From assembly GCA_002794035.1 (NCBI GenBank), contig PCXQ01000005.1:16909-80908 (forward strand): a stretch of 64,000 nt of DNA. The letters are read 5' to 3'. The notes under the pieces were generated by a model. It searched no databases and was not told the origin of the DNA. It saw nothing but the letters and a program-made list of their open reading frames with translations. How positions within the stretch are numbered: position 1 is the first letter of the stretch; each line of letters starts with the position of its first letter. The position numbers and the translations under genes were made by a program. The stretch is from Candidatus Yanofskybacteria bacterium CG10_big_fil_rev_8_21_14_0_10_36_16. GTDB lineage: Bacteria > Patescibacteriota > Minisyncoccia > 2-02-FULL-40-12 > IGHO2-01-FULL-4-A. Positions 19,218 to 30,700 of this stretch are shown piece by piece.

Positions 19218-19423
19218 GTATCTTAGAGCTGTGGCCTGAGTCTAAGTCACAAATCCAAACTCTAAGAGACGGAGGCACATGACGTTCACGTTCGCACCTA
19301 GTGGGTAAGAAAGGTGTTTTTCGCGAACGCCGACCACGACGGCTACTAGACGGCGATCACCGACTAGAGTCGAGCCCCCGCTTGCCAGGTTACTACAATC
19401 TTGGTGGGCGGGGCGCTTTTTTT
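19218..19423 (+). ncRNA. Candidate structured small RNA (about 200 nt, four hairpins)
   Basis: GC-rich island with stems TCTTAGAG/CTCTAAGA, CGTTCGC/GCGAACG, CGAC-CTAG-CGG/CCG-CTAG-GTCG and a terminal GCCCC..GGGGC hairpin plus T7. Confidence 0.55.
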
Positions 19424-22412
19424 ATGCCATAAGATTACGCAACTCACAAAATTTACACTCCTTATCATCACACCTTTTGTCCCAAAAAGACAGCTCCAGT
19501 ATTTCGTTTGATTTTTCTAAAACCAAATCTTTTAATTCCTTGACCTCAGACGGTTCAACTGTAAATAACTCTTTTTTATATCTTTTCTTTTCATCCGGTT
19601 CAACAAAATCAATCTCTCCACTTACCATATCGTACTTACCTCCCGAATAATTATCTAGAAGCAACTTATAAAACACTAACTGTCTTTTATAGTCCCCCGC
19701 TCCTGTTGCTGTTGTTTTACCTATTATATAATTTCTGGATTTGGGTTTGCCTGTTTTGTAATCAACAACATTAACTCTATTTCCATCATCAATAAATTCA
19801 ACTTTGTCTAGCTGACCGTTTATCATAATATTCGGCTCAAGTTCTATTCCCTTTATTCTTAGTTCTGTCATTACATTTTTATTCCATTTTTCATGATAAA
19901 AATCATAATACCCGCCCAAAGCCAATTCCCCCTTACTTAATAAACTATTAAAATCATCTTCTCCGATTGATTCCTTGGATAAAGTTTCTTTGAATTTGTT
20001 AATAAGCTTGTCCTTGAGAAGCACATCTCCCTTTCCAAATACAGATTTTAATCCCTCGTGTACGGCAGTACCGTATATTTGATGCAAGTTTTTAACCTGT
20101 GGTATTCCGACAAGATTAACATAAAAATATCTCCAAGGGCATTTTAAATAGTTATTTAATGCCGTAACGGATATGCCTTTTCTGTGGAATAAATCCTTTA
20201 AAAATTCTTTATCTTCAATCTTGGAACGGATAGGAGGTCTTGGACGCAATATTAAATCTGAGATTGCTTCAGGTTTTATTGATTCTGACACAGGATTATC
20301 AATCCTACTTATAAAACCGCCGTTAATCTCTCTTACGAATTTTGAAGGAAGCTTATCTTTGCCAGTTCCGTCGTTTAGCGCATAACTTATGGTTATTGTT
20401 TTCATTGCCCTTGTAAGAGCCACGTAAAACAAATTTCTTTCATCATCGTCATCGGAAGATACTTCCATTTCAAAACCTTCCTTATAATTTTTGCCCAAAT
20501 ATACGCTATCAAGCAACTTAAGGATATTGGCCTTGCGCTTATTGCCCCAATGCCTATCTTGGGCGTTGGCAATATATAGGTGTTCAAACTCGCGCCCCTT
20601 TGATCGGTGGGCAGTAAGAATTCTAACATTGGAACCGCCATGCAATAAGTTTGATGTACCAAGCCTTATATTGTGTTCTTTAAGACTGTCTATATACCCC
20701 AAGAATTTTTCTAAATTAAGTTTTTTATCTCTTGCAGATAATTCCTTTATATAATTAAAAAATGAAGACATTTTTGAAATCCTCTCATAATAATCAGGCT
20801 GAGCAGCCGTATTTTTTATTAAATTAGATTCGTATAAAACTGATTCAAATAATTCGGGCAAGGTTTTGTTTTTAGACACAGTCTTCCATTTAGACAGTTT
20901 ATTTAAAAAATCAATTGAAGGTTTTTTATCAGCAACACCTGCTTCTTTTAATAATTTTTCAGAACTTGCAACTTCATAAGCATTTATTTTATTCCTGCGT
21001 GAAAAATCTGATATTTTATAAATATTAATTGGCTCAATACCCAAAAAATCTAAATGCATTGTTTCAAGCAAGGCACCTGTATCACCGTAATTATTAACAG
21101 CTTCCAACAAAAATAAGACCCTTTTAATATCTTCGTCTTCAAGTAAATTATGCTCGGTTTCCATAACATAAGGGACACCAAACCTGCCAAGCATTTCAGC
21201 TATCGGCCACATGTCTCTATTTTCCCTAACAAGAACCGCTATGTTGTCCGGCTTAACACCCTCCTCTACTTCTTTCTTTATATCTTCTGCTATAAAAGCA
21301 CACTCCTGATCTGGAGAAGACAATTCTGCCAATTTGATATTTTTATCTTTATGTCCCGAATTAGATTTTAAATTTATTTCTGAAGCTTTAATACCATGAG
21401 CCGCATCTAAAATAATCTGGCTTGAGCGGTAATTATGTTCAAGATTAACAACCTTGGCTTCTGGATATTTTGTTTTAAAATAATTAAAATTCTTTATTGA
21501 TGCACCTTGAAAACGATAGATAGCCTGTTTTTGATCCCCAACAATAAACACATTTGGATTGTCATGATAATTGGCCAGCAACTCTACCACTTTATTTTGA
21601 GCATTGTTTGTATCCTGATGTTCATCTACTAGAATATACTGATATTGTTCCTGTAAAATACGAAGGAAATCTTCTTTCTTTGAAATTGTTTTTAAAACTT
21701 CCATTATCATATCTTCGTAATCATAATATTTTCTATTTGAAATTAATGTCTGATAATTTTTATAAATTAAGGCCAACTCAGCATTTTTATCTATATTTTT
21801 TCTTAATTTTAAATATTGACCCTTCACTTTGCCTTTGTGAGGGCCTTTCTCGTGTTTTAAATCCTCTATCATGTCAAAATCTTTTATTTCTTCGTCAACC
21901 AGATTGTTAAAATCCTCAGGACTTAAACCCTCTCTCTTTAATTCCTTTATTGCTGTTATGGCCGGCTTTAAATAATGATACTTGCTTCCAAAAGGCTTTA
22001 AGATGTCTAAATTAGAAGACGAGATTACATCCTCCATAAGTTTTGCCTGTTCAATCTCTGTGATTGGATCAAACCCTGCAATAGCAGGAAATTCCTCAGG
22101 ATAATTTTTAATAATATCGTTGCAAAATCCATGAAAAGTTGATATGGAAACCTCATAGGCAGAACTTCCGATAATCTCTGCCAAACGCTTCCTCATTGCC
22201 AGAACCCCTGATTCTGTAAAGGTCAAAGCTAAAATAGCCGATGGCTCCATATCGGTTTTTCTTAAAATATTAGCGATTCTAAGAGTTAGTATTTGTGTTT
22301 TGCCTGTGCCCGGTCCTGCAACAACCATCACCGGCCCCTCGATCGAGTCTACGGCTTCTTTTTGTTTTGCATTTAATTTATTGTAATATTCATCAAATTT
22401 TCTATTATCCAT
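19422..22412 (-). CDS. UvrD/PcrA-family helicase with C-terminal PD-(D/E)XK nuclease (AddA/AdnA-like)
   Basis: AGPGTGKT, VDEHQD, VGDQKQAIYRFQGA, NYRS, TAHRSKGREF, YVALTRA; nuclease GQLDKV..VDYKTG; Fe-S staple-type cysteines (KCP...CDDKECKFC). Confidence 0.9.
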   Translation of the reverse strand: MDNRKFDEYYNKLNAKQKEAVDSIEGPVMVVAGPGTGKTQILTLRIANILRKTDMEPSAILALTFTESGVLAMRKRLAEIIGSSAYEVSISTFHGFCNDIIKNYPEEFPAIAGFDPITEIEQAKLMEDVISSSNLDILKPFGSKYHYLKPAITAIKELKREGLSPEDFNNLVDEEIKDFDMIEDLKHEKGPHKGKVKGQYLKLRKNIDKNAELALIYKNYQTLISNRKYYDYEDMIMEVLKTISKKEDFLRILQEQYQYILVDEHQDTNNAQNKVVELLANYHDNPNVFIVGDQKQAIYRFQGASIKNFNYFKTKYPEAKVVNLEHNYRSSQIILDAAHGIKASEINLKSNSGHKDKNIKLAELSSPDQECAFIAEDIKKEVEEGVKPDNIAVLVRENRDMWPIAEMLGRFGVPYVMETEHNLLEDEDIKRVLFLLEAVNNYGDTGALLETMHLDFLGIEPINIYKISDFSRRNKINAYEVASSEKLLKEAGVADKKPSIDFLNKLSKWKTVSKNKTLPELFESVLYESNLIKNTAAQPDYYERISKMSSFFNYIKELSARDKKLNLEKFLGYIDSLKEHNIRLGTSNLLHGGSNVRILTAHRSKGREFEHLYIANAQDRHWGNKRKANILKLLDSVYLGKNYKEGFEMEVSSDDDDERNLFYVALTRAMKTITISYALNDGTGKDKLPSKFVREINGGFISRIDNPVSESIKPEAISDLILRPRPPIRSKIEDKEFLKDLFHRKGISVTALNNYLKCPWRYFYVNLVGIPQVKNLHQIYGTAVHEGLKSVFGKGDVLLKDKLINKFKETLSKESIGEDDFNSLLSKGELALGGYYDFYHEKWNKNVMTELRIKGIELEPNIMINGQLDKVEFIDDGNRVNVVDYKTGKPKSRNYIIGKTTATGAGDYKRQLVFYKLLLDNYSGGKYDMVSGEIDFVEPDEKKRYKKELFTVEPSEVKELKDLVLEKSNEILELSFWDKRCDDKECKFCELRNLMA

Positions 22413-22514
22413 GTTTTTACAATAAAACAGTTTTATAATTTACGCCAGTTGTCACAAAGCACAATAGTTCTCAAAATAAAACTAGTAATTTTAAATTATT
22501 TGAGGAGTTTGATT

Positions 22515-22988
22515 ATGGTAGAAAGATCCAAACACGGCGATGTTATATGCTACACAACCGTTTTAAATGGCACAAATAGGAGCTCTAAAAGCAGCGTCGG
22601 TTTAACAATAATTGAAAATGAAAGTGAGCATTTATATTGGATACCTCGCCAACAAAACGGTGAATACCAGGAACTCTTAATTAAAACAAAGGCTAAGGAA
22701 GCAAAGCATATATTGATAAGCCTAAACGATTTTTACAGAGAGCTCATATTAAAAGGGGCCACAGAATTTAAATTAACAACTTCAAAGGTTTGCTTTAAAC
22801 CAAAAGAAAATGACGAAGTAGAGATTACTTTTTCAAAGCCGGGTTTTTTTAATCAAATATTATCCAGAAGAAAATCTCAAAAAAGGCCTTATCATGATAT
22901 AATCATAACTGCCAAAAAATCTGATTTAATTGCTTCTTTAAAAGAAATTCTAAATAAGTTTGATAGGTTAAAAAACAAAGAGGGCTAA
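22515..22988 (+). CDS. Hypothetical protein (orphan)
   Basis: GAGGAG SD, then ATG 22515; ends at a hairpin with a T-run. Confidence 0.6.
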   Translation: MVERSKHGDVICYTTVLNGTNRSSKSSVGLTIIENESEHLYWIPRQQNGEYQELLIKTKAKEAKHILISLNDFYRELILKGATEFKLTTSKVCFKPKENDEVEITFSKPGFFNQILSRRKSQKRPYHDIIITAKKSDLIASLKEILNKFDRLKNKEG

Positions 22989-23025
22989 GTCCAAGTCCTC
23001 TTTTTATTTTGCAAAAACGACACTA

Positions 23026-24846
23026 CTAGAGTCTATTAACTGCTTCAAAAAATTCCTCTTCGGTCAATTCAGGATTTCGTGCCTGTTTGAAATAAAAATC
23101 AGCTTTTTCTGGATTGCCCATTTTGTAATAAGCAAATCCCAAAGCAAATTTTAAATTAAGGTCCTCAGGATTTGATCCATAATTATCCTCAATTACACTT
23201 ATCGCTTCATCATACTTTTGAAGTTTTGTCTTTGTAAGAGACAACAAAAATACCTCATTCCATCTAGCATAAAGCTCTACAGCACGGACCAATACATCCT
23301 CTGCCTCAACAAGTTTCCCTATTTCATAATACGCCTTGCCTAGCCCTCGTATGCCTCTTATATATGTTGGTTTTAATTCAACAGTCTTTTCCCACAGCCT
23401 TATTGCCTCTTCCTTATTGCCCTCTACATCATTAATATGTGCTAAAAGATTTAGCGCTGAGATGTGTTCAGGTGCCATTTCAAGAGTTTCTTTGAGAAGC
23501 TCTTTCGCACTAGTAAAATCATTTTCTTGTGTATAAAGATATGCTCTGTTTGTCATATTAACAACACTCTTTGGCGCTGATGCATATGCACTCAAATAAA
23601 GATTATTTTCTGTCAGCCAATCCCGATTGCGATCAATTGTTTTTACTGAATAAAAAACAGTCAGTCCGGCCAACAATATCCAACCTAAATATCTCCATTT
23701 ATAATTTGTCCTTTCAAATAAATTATCTATACATATAGCCAGCAAAACCACCAGACCCACGCTGGGCAAATAAATCAATCGCTCAGCCATTATGGTCCCC
23801 GTTTTAAAAACAAAATTTGAAATTACAAAAAATGGCACAAAGAAAAATAGTATTCCCATCGTGTGACCGTTAATCTTTAGGTCAGGTCCAACCCCAAACA
23901 AAGGTCTCAGCAATGCATAGATAACAAAACCCAACATTAAAAATCCAATTAAAGCCTCGGGCGATTTAAAAATATTTTCAACAATTGATATTTGATCAAA
24001 CGAATAATCAGAAGAAAAACTTGTTGGAATTATGCTTTTTTGAATATACAAAAACATAACTTTGAGTGCTGTGAAAAATCCCGGCAAAATGCCTGCCCCA
24101 ATTATGGGATTATAAACTGAAGTGCCGTCATGGCCCAAAATATTACCACCAAGTGCTATATATCTTATGGAAAAATAGGCCACCAGAACCACCAAATAAG
24201 GCACAGAACGCTTTATTGTGCCCCCTAAGGCCTCCTTTTTATAAAACAAGGCAATATATGCCCAAATAGGCAAAAAAACTATAGCAATCTCTTTACTTAA
24301 CAAACCTAAGAAGAATAATCCTGTAGACAGCCATTGACTATTTGCCTGAGATTTATCTTCCCCATGCCGACGAGAAACATACAAAGCAGACAAAACAAAG
24401 CCTGCTGACAAAAGCTCCGCCCTACCAACAATAGAAGTTACCGCATCAACATGAATTGGCATAGCCAAAAATAAAACGGCCGACAAAATTCCTGCCCTGC
24501 GATTTATTAACTGCGCAATAACCAAGAATACAAAAAAGGCCGCAATCGCGTGAAGAAAAATATTTACTACATGAAATGAAATCGAAGATTCTCCAAATAT
24601 CATTTCATTAAGTGAGTGTGTAAAAATAGTAAAGGGTCTGTAAAGTCCTGTTTCGGGTTGCTTAAAATGATACGGCTCAAGAAAAACTTCAGGCAATTTG
24701 GCTATTTCACCTATTAGTGGGTTGCCGGTAATTACAAATTTATCATCAAAAACAAAATCACCCCCTATACCGTTTCCAAATAACACAAAAGACAGGGCAA
24801 TCAACCCCAAAAATACAAGCCAATTTTTATTGGATTTTGTCCGCAT
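23026..24846 (-). CDS. TMTC-like GT-C protein O-mannosyltransferase with C-terminal TPRs
   Basis: FVFDD, YRP, FHVVNIFLH, GRAELL, LLSKE, AERLIYLPS, RNRDW, then TPR repeats. Confidence 0.85.
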   Translation of the reverse strand: MRTKSNKNWLVFLGLIALSFVLFGNGIGGDFVFDDKFVITGNPLIGEIAKLPEVFLEPYHFKQPETGLYRPFTIFTHSLNEMIFGESSISFHVVNIFLHAIAAFFVFLVIAQLINRRAGILSAVLFLAMPIHVDAVTSIVGRAELLSAGFVLSALYVSRRHGEDKSQANSQWLSTGLFFLGLLSKEIAIVFLPIWAYIALFYKKEALGGTIKRSVPYLVVLVAYFSIRYIALGGNILGHDGTSVYNPIIGAGILPGFFTALKVMFLYIQKSIIPTSFSSDYSFDQISIVENIFKSPEALIGFLMLGFVIYALLRPLFGVGPDLKINGHTMGILFFFVPFFVISNFVFKTGTIMAERLIYLPSVGLVVLLAICIDNLFERTNYKWRYLGWILLAGLTVFYSVKTIDRNRDWLTENNLYLSAYASAPKSVVNMTNRAYLYTQENDFTSAKELLKETLEMAPEHISALNLLAHINDVEGNKEEAIRLWEKTVELKPTYIRGIRGLGKAYYEIGKLVEAEDVLVRAVELYARWNEVFLLSLTKTKLQKYDEAISVIEDNYGSNPEDLNLKFALGFAYYKMGNPEKADFYFKQARNPELTEEEFFEAVNRL

Positions 24847-24864
24847 AATGTTATAATCACATAT

Positions 24865-26019
24865 ATGGAGGATTTTGGCAAAAAAAAGGTCCTATTTGTT
24901 ATTACTCAATCAGAAATGGGCGGAGCCCAAAAATTTTTAGTTAATTTAACAAAAAAATTAGATAAAAATAAATATGAAGTAATGGTTGCCGCAGGCCCGG
25001 ACGGAGGCGGAGAACTTTTTAATATTCTTAAAAGACACAACATTAAATCATTCCGACTAAAAAACGCAAAAAGAAACATTAATCTTGTGAAAGATGTGAT
25101 GGAGATCTTTGAACTGAGAAAATTAATAAAAGAATTTAAACCAGATGTTTTATTTCTAAACAGTTCCAAAACAACTCTCTGGGGTCCCAAGGCTGTTTAT
25201 TTTCCGACAAAAATTAAACCTACACCAAAAATAATTTACCGTATAGGCGGATGGAGCTTCAATGACCCTAGACCAAAGTGGGAAAAAAAGCTATGGATAT
25301 TGATTGAAAAGACATTTGCCAAATATAAAGACATCATCATGGTTAATAACGAACACGACCTCAAACAAGCCAAGAAATTGAACATCAATCCAAAGGGTAA
25401 AATTGAACTTATTTATAACGGCATAGATATTAACGAGATAGAATTTTTAAGCCGAGAAGAATCACGCAATGAGCTTGTTTTATCAAACGAAGATTTTGTT
25501 GTAGGAACCATAGCAAATTTCTATCCCACAAAAGGCCTGAAATATTTAATAGATGCAGTAGCAATACTTAATAATAGTTATTTTATAAGCGATATTAAAT
25601 TTATAATAATTGGCGACGGCCCAGATAGAAAAACTCAGGAAGCAAGAATAAACAACGAAGAATTAAGCAAACAGATAATCCTTGCGGGAAGAAAAGAAAA
25701 CGCATACAAGTATCTTTTAGCGTTTGATTTGTTTGTTCTACCTTCAGTAAAAGAAGGGTTTTCTTGGGCAATGCTTGAGGCAATGGCTGCCAAATTGCCC
25801 ATTGTGGCAACCCGAGTAGGAGCAACACCCGAGATAATACAGAGCAATCGAAACGGACTGTTGATTAACCCTGCCAACCCAAAAGAATTGGCTGAGGCAA
25901 TAAAAAACATCAAGGGAAGCGAGCAGTTAAGAAGAGATCTCGGTGATAAGGCATTCCAAACTGTAATATCTCGATTTACTCTTGATAAAATGATATCTCA
26001 AATTGAAAAATTACTTTAA
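24865..26019 (+). CDS. Glycosyltransferase family 4
   Basis: GGAQ, IYNGID, FVLPSVKEGFSWAMLEAMAA. Confidence 0.9.
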   Translation: MEDFGKKKVLFVITQSEMGGAQKFLVNLTKKLDKNKYEVMVAAGPDGGGELFNILKRHNIKSFRLKNAKRNINLVKDVMEIFELRKLIKEFKPDVLFLNSSKTTLWGPKAVYFPTKIKPTPKIIYRIGGWSFNDPRPKWEKKLWILIEKTFAKYKDIIMVNNEHDLKQAKKLNINPKGKIELIYNGIDINEIEFLSREESRNELVLSNEDFVVGTIANFYPTKGLKYLIDAVAILNNSYFISDIKFIIIGDGPDRKTQEARINNEELSKQIILAGRKENAYKYLLAFDLFVLPSVKEGFSWAMLEAMAAKLPIVATRVGATPEIIQSNRNGLLINPANPKELAEAIKNIKGSEQLRRDLGDKAFQTVISRFTLDKMISQIEKLL

Positions 26020-26085
26020 ACACTAAATGTTCAACAAAAAACAGCCTCGCCAATGCGAGGCCGTTTTTAAATTGCAAATTAAAAA

Positions 26086-26838
26086 CTAAAACCCAAAGAT
26101 ACCCTTAAACAAATTCCAAAAACGGCTAAATATTCCATCTTTTTTAACTACATCATCACCACCTTCCTGTTCCTCTAATGCGCTAGGAGATTCTTCTTGC
26201 GGTGTTTTAGTCTCCTGAACTTGTGATGGTGTTCGAGTTGGTGATGTAGTTTGAGTAACCTTAGGCGAAGTAGCTACAGCAGTCGGAGCTGATGTTGCAA
26301 AAGGAGTTGCTGTAATTAAAGGAGTCGAAGACACAATTGGCGTTACGACAGTTGTTGGCTGTGCAGTTTCTTCAACAGTGGGATCAGGTGTTGAAGTCGG
26401 AGTTTCAGTTGGGCTTGGCTCAACATAATTCTTATTTAAAGTGACATTAACCGTTTGAGTATCAAACACAGTTGTTTTGTTTATATCAATATCTATTGCC
26501 TCAACTGTTACAACAGCTTCATGTTTACCATCAGACAATGACTCTGGTTGAATTTCTAAAACAAAATTTACCGCTCCGCCAGAATTTAAAGACACAGAGT
26601 TCGTTGATTGCGAATATCCTTCTCTGTAAACAAACGCCCATTCTGAATCACTTGATATTATAAATTTCGCCTTCTGGGGCCCAACATTCTTTGTGCTTAA
26701 AAAGTAATACAAAGGTTTTTGTTCGCCAGTTTTATAATTGAAAACTAAATTGCTATCCCCTAGCTCAATATAAGAAGGCCCACTGACAACAGCGAACAAC
26801 ATAGAAAAAGGAAGTAATATTTTAGCTAATAAATCCAA
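26086..26838 (-). CDS. Exported protein with an Ig-like domain and a long Thr/Pro/Ser-rich tail
   Basis: Signal-like N-terminus, PSPTETPTSTP... linker, amphipathic C-terminus FSRFWNLFKGIFGF. Confidence 0.7.
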   Translation of the reverse strand: MDLLAKILLPFSMLFAVVSGPSYIELGDSNLVFNYKTGEQKPLYYFLSTKNVGPQKAKFIISSDSEWAFVYREGYSQSTNSVSLNSGGAVNFVLEIQPESLSDGKHEAVVTVEAIDIDINKTTVFDTQTVNVTLNKNYVEPSPTETPTSTPDPTVEETAQPTTVVTPIVSSTPLITATPFATSAPTAVATSPKVTQTTSPTRTPSQVQETKTPQEESPSALEEQEGGDDVVKKDGIFSRFWNLFKGIFGF

Positions 26839-26926
26839 ATTATAATATTAACCTGAATGCTATAAAATTTACCGCATTCAAATGTTATTTACTTGTTTAA
26901 GCCACATCAAAGAATATTTTATTGCC

Positions 26927-27484
26927 TTAGGGCATAATAACCATGATTCCTCCACTACATTCCGCCTCTCTAATTTCTACAGCACCATTAGACAAAAGAG
27001 CTCCATAAGTAACAGAGGCATTAAGTAAGTACTGCTTGGCAGTAGGAGTTCCATACAAGGCAACACCCGCTTCTTTTTCACCATTTGGAATTGGTAATTG
27101 CTCAAAAAGATTTGGTCCAGCTTTTATAACACCGTCATCAGGGGTAGTTCTCCAATAGATTTGTCTTGTAACATCATCAATGTTTTGGTAAATAATTTTT
27201 GCTCCTTCAGTTCTATATAAATTATCTTCCAAAAATACAATCTTTCCTTCAAGCTGACACGTTGCTGGAGTAAATTTTTGGCCCGATCCATTGGACGAAC
27301 CGCCCACTGGAGTCGGAGTTGGTGTTAACGTTGGTTGAGGACTCGGGCTAAATTCAAAATCATCCGGTAATAAATCTTCGTTATCATCTTCTTTTGGACC
27401 AGACGACATTGAGAAAACCAAAAGCCCGGCACCAACAACCAAAACTATTAGCCATAAAATTATTTTTTTGTTGTTTTTAAACAT
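26927..27484 (-). CDS. Membrane-anchored exported protein with a PT linker
   Basis: N-terminal TM, PSPQPTLTPTPTP, two Cys. Confidence 0.7.
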   Translation of the reverse strand: MFKNNKKIILWLIVLVVGAGLLVFSMSSGPKEDDNEDLLPDDFEFSPSPQPTLTPTPTPVGGSSNGSGQKFTPATCQLEGKIVFLEDNLYRTEGAKIIYQNIDDVTRQIYWRTTPDDGVIKAGPNLFEQLPIPNGEKEAGVALYGTPTAKQYLLNASVTYGALLSNGAVEIREAECSGGIMVIMP

Positions 27485-27621
27485 ATATAAAATATAGCAT
27501 AAATTATAGAGACAAACAATAATTTAAACACATCCACATTCAAACAAAAATCCCTTCAAAACAAATAAATCTTAAATAAAAGCACACAAACAAAAAAATA
27601 TTTAAAACTTTAAAAGCAACG

Positions 27622-27651
27622 CAAAACCCCCACCGTAAGGTGGGGGTTTTG
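27622..27651 (-). terminator. Strong terminator of the S-layer-like gene
   Basis: CAAAACCCCCACC-GTAA-GGTGGGGGTTTTG, a perfect 13-bp stem. Confidence 0.85.
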
Positions 27652-27704
27652 ACTCCCAATAGTCCTTCAAGCAAGGTTCGGGACTAAAGGATACTAATCA
27701 TAGT

Positions 27705-30700
27705 TTACTGCTTAGAGAAGATTGGACCGTTCATAGGCAATAGCTTGAATACATTTGCAACGTTTGTAACTTCTTGGTCTTCGCCTGTGCGGGCTCCGTC
27801 AACGTATTTTATTACGCCTGCTTCATCTCTAAGTACTACCTGGAAGTAGTCAGATGTATCAAGGAAGTTAGTGAAACCAACTTCAACTCTGAATGATTTT
27901 TGTGAACCACCAGTAATTTCAACATCTTTCTCCCAGTTGGTAAAGCTGATTGAGGCTCCGTTAGCTTGACCTGCAGTAATTGTAGCTGAGGCCAAAAGCT
28001 CACCGGTACCAACATCGTACAAGTTGGCAGTCATGTTGGAGCTTGCTCCACCAGATGCAACAGTATCGAACTTCAAGGTTACGGATGCTGGATCATCAAA
28101 GTATAACTTTGAGTCAGACAAACCGTGAGCCTTAATAGTGAACTTCAATACATCTTTAGTACCCAACGGCTCGGAAGCTGCTAGGGTGTCTTGTACGAAT
28201 TCTGGGTAGACACGATATATGTAGTGGTCGTTACCAGTTACGCTATCTGTGTCATCACCAGTTGTGTCATTACCCTCAACAAGAGTACCTGAACCTACGC
28301 CAAGTGCTCTGAATTCATCAGTGGCACCACCAGAGAAGTCAAGCGAGAAGCTAACTTCCGATGTTGCACCTTGTGCCTTGGTCTTAAGATCAGCCAATAC
28401 CTTGATGTCAATGCTTGAATCCTTAGGTACGTAAGGCCTGTTTGAACCGGTAAAGGCAAATGATACTGAACCAGCTGTGTTAAGTGTTCCAACTGATGTT
28501 AGAGTGTCACCTGCTTCGTTGGTGTATCTAATCTTTACCTTATCAACGTTGGCGGTCAAATTAGCTGTGGTGTCGCCGCTGTTAATGTTCAATCTTTCAA
28601 TGTAGAAAGCCTCGTTTGTTGATCTAAATCTGTATCTTGCAAATTCAGCATCTGTTTGACCCCAGTACTTAGCGCCAGTAATTGGCATGTCTGGAGCAGC
28701 AGTTACAGCAAGTGTACCTGCGCTTGATACAGTATTTAGAACTGTAGGACTGGTTGTACCGTTAACAGCACTGTTTGCAGCATTTACAGAACTACCAGAA
28801 TCGTCAATTGCAGTTACGTCAGTTGTAGCAGCAATATCAAAGTTGAATACATCTGAAGCGCCTGAAGTGCTGTTTGATGACAAGTCAGTTCTTACAAGCA
28901 ATGTCCTTGTTTCACCTGCTGCCAAGTCCCAACCGAGATTGTTGAATACAATTGTACCGGTTGAAGTGTTCAAATTGTTGGCTGAAGGTGAGTTTGAAAT
29001 CAAGGTTCCTGATGTTGCATCCCACAATTCAACAGCGGATACTAGACCGCCAACTGACAACGAAGTGTCAGGTGAAGCACCTACACCCAAAGCTGTTGTG
29101 GAACCTGAATCAGCTACATAAGCTGACAAGGTAATGTCTGTTACTTCTAATCCGGAAGCCAACGAAGCAGCAAAGGTTATACCCAATGCGTCAACGTTCT
29201 GTGTACCTCTTACGTAGGTAGTACTTACCGGAGAAGCTGACAATCCAAGGGTCAAAGATGACGCTTGCAAAGTCATGTTATTACCTGCCAAGTCAGTGTT
29301 TGGAACGATATCTGAATCATCAACTGCAGTGTTGGTTCCTGCATACTTCATTACAGCAATATCACCTGCTGTACCGACTAAGTCTGATTCTCCATAACCA
29401 TCAAGAACAACCTTAATGGTGTCAGTAGCAACTAAGTCCTGACCAGCTCTGGTGTTTGCAATGTTGATGTCACCTGTAACCTTGAAGTTTCTGGTTGTGC
29501 CAGCACTTAAGTCAAAGGTGTCAGTAAAGGTCTTTGCAGCACCTGTTGCACCGTTAGGACAACCTGTTGCTTCTGATGCGGTAAATGCGGAACCATCAGC
29601 TGGTCCTACTATTACCTGACCTGTGTCTTCGTCTATAACCTTAATGTCGTCTAAGTCAGCCCAACCATTGGTTGTGTCTGAAGCATCGGCGTAAGTAGTG
29701 CCGGCATCAGCCTGACAAAGCACAAGTCTCAATTTCTTAACTTCAATATCTGAAGCTGCACTCATTGAGTACTGTGCAAGTACTGTATCTTGTGTGTCTG
29801 TACCAACGTTTGTGGCGTTAGGACCATTAAATGTAAGGGTTAATACTCCACCCTGCAATGTTAGAGAGTGAGTATTGGTTGAATCGTCAAAGTTTGCATC
29901 AACTGTAGGCGCCATTCCGAAACCGAATTGGTCACCAACTGCTAATACATCGGATGCTTGTTCAACGTAGAACTTGATTGTTTCATCTTTCTTACCGCTT
30001 AAGTCACCGTATACTTTGAAGATCTTGTTGTCTCCTTTGGCAATTGAATAACCACTGCCGGAGAATTCAAATACTGCATCTCCGTCACCGTTCATCCAAC
30101 CATTAGCAACCTTATCACCATTAACCTCAAGATAAAGGTTGGTGATGTCTGCATCCTTTACAGTACCACCATTAAGAAGTGAAACTCTCTTAAGGTGAGC
30201 AGATTCCGTGTTAGCGGTGATCTTGAATGTAGACAAGTGGGCCATCTTCTGACCTACTTTGGGGTTAGCAACAGAACCTGTCTTGTCAACGTTTATTGTT
30301 CCTGAGTTTGAACCAGCAAAAGTAAAGTTATTGCTTTGTACTGGGAATCCGCTTATATTGCCGGACTCAAGTGTTACACTTTCAAGTACCCAGTAGTTAA
30401 CGTTTCCGGCTGTACCTGAGTGGTCAGCTACAAGATCAATGTCTTTTGTTCCGTTAACATCTAGATTCAAGTTAACAAATGTCAAAGTACCGTCAGCTGA
30501 AGAAGGAGTTCTTCCTCCTGTCAACCTCTCGGCACCATCATATACGTACAAGTTGTCAAAGTCTCCTGTGGCACCAGGACCTTGTCTCTTAAATGAAAGA
30601 GAGTCAATTGTGCCTGTGCCTGAAAACCTTACTGACATTACAGTTTCACCATATGCATTTAATGTAATGGTGGTTGCTGGTGGGTTGTCAGGGGCCAAGC

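Noticed and set aside
19218-19423. tmRNA, RNase P RNA or tRNA
   Set aside because: No tRNA-like acceptor/T arm with CCA, no GAGGAAAGUCC, no plausible tag frame
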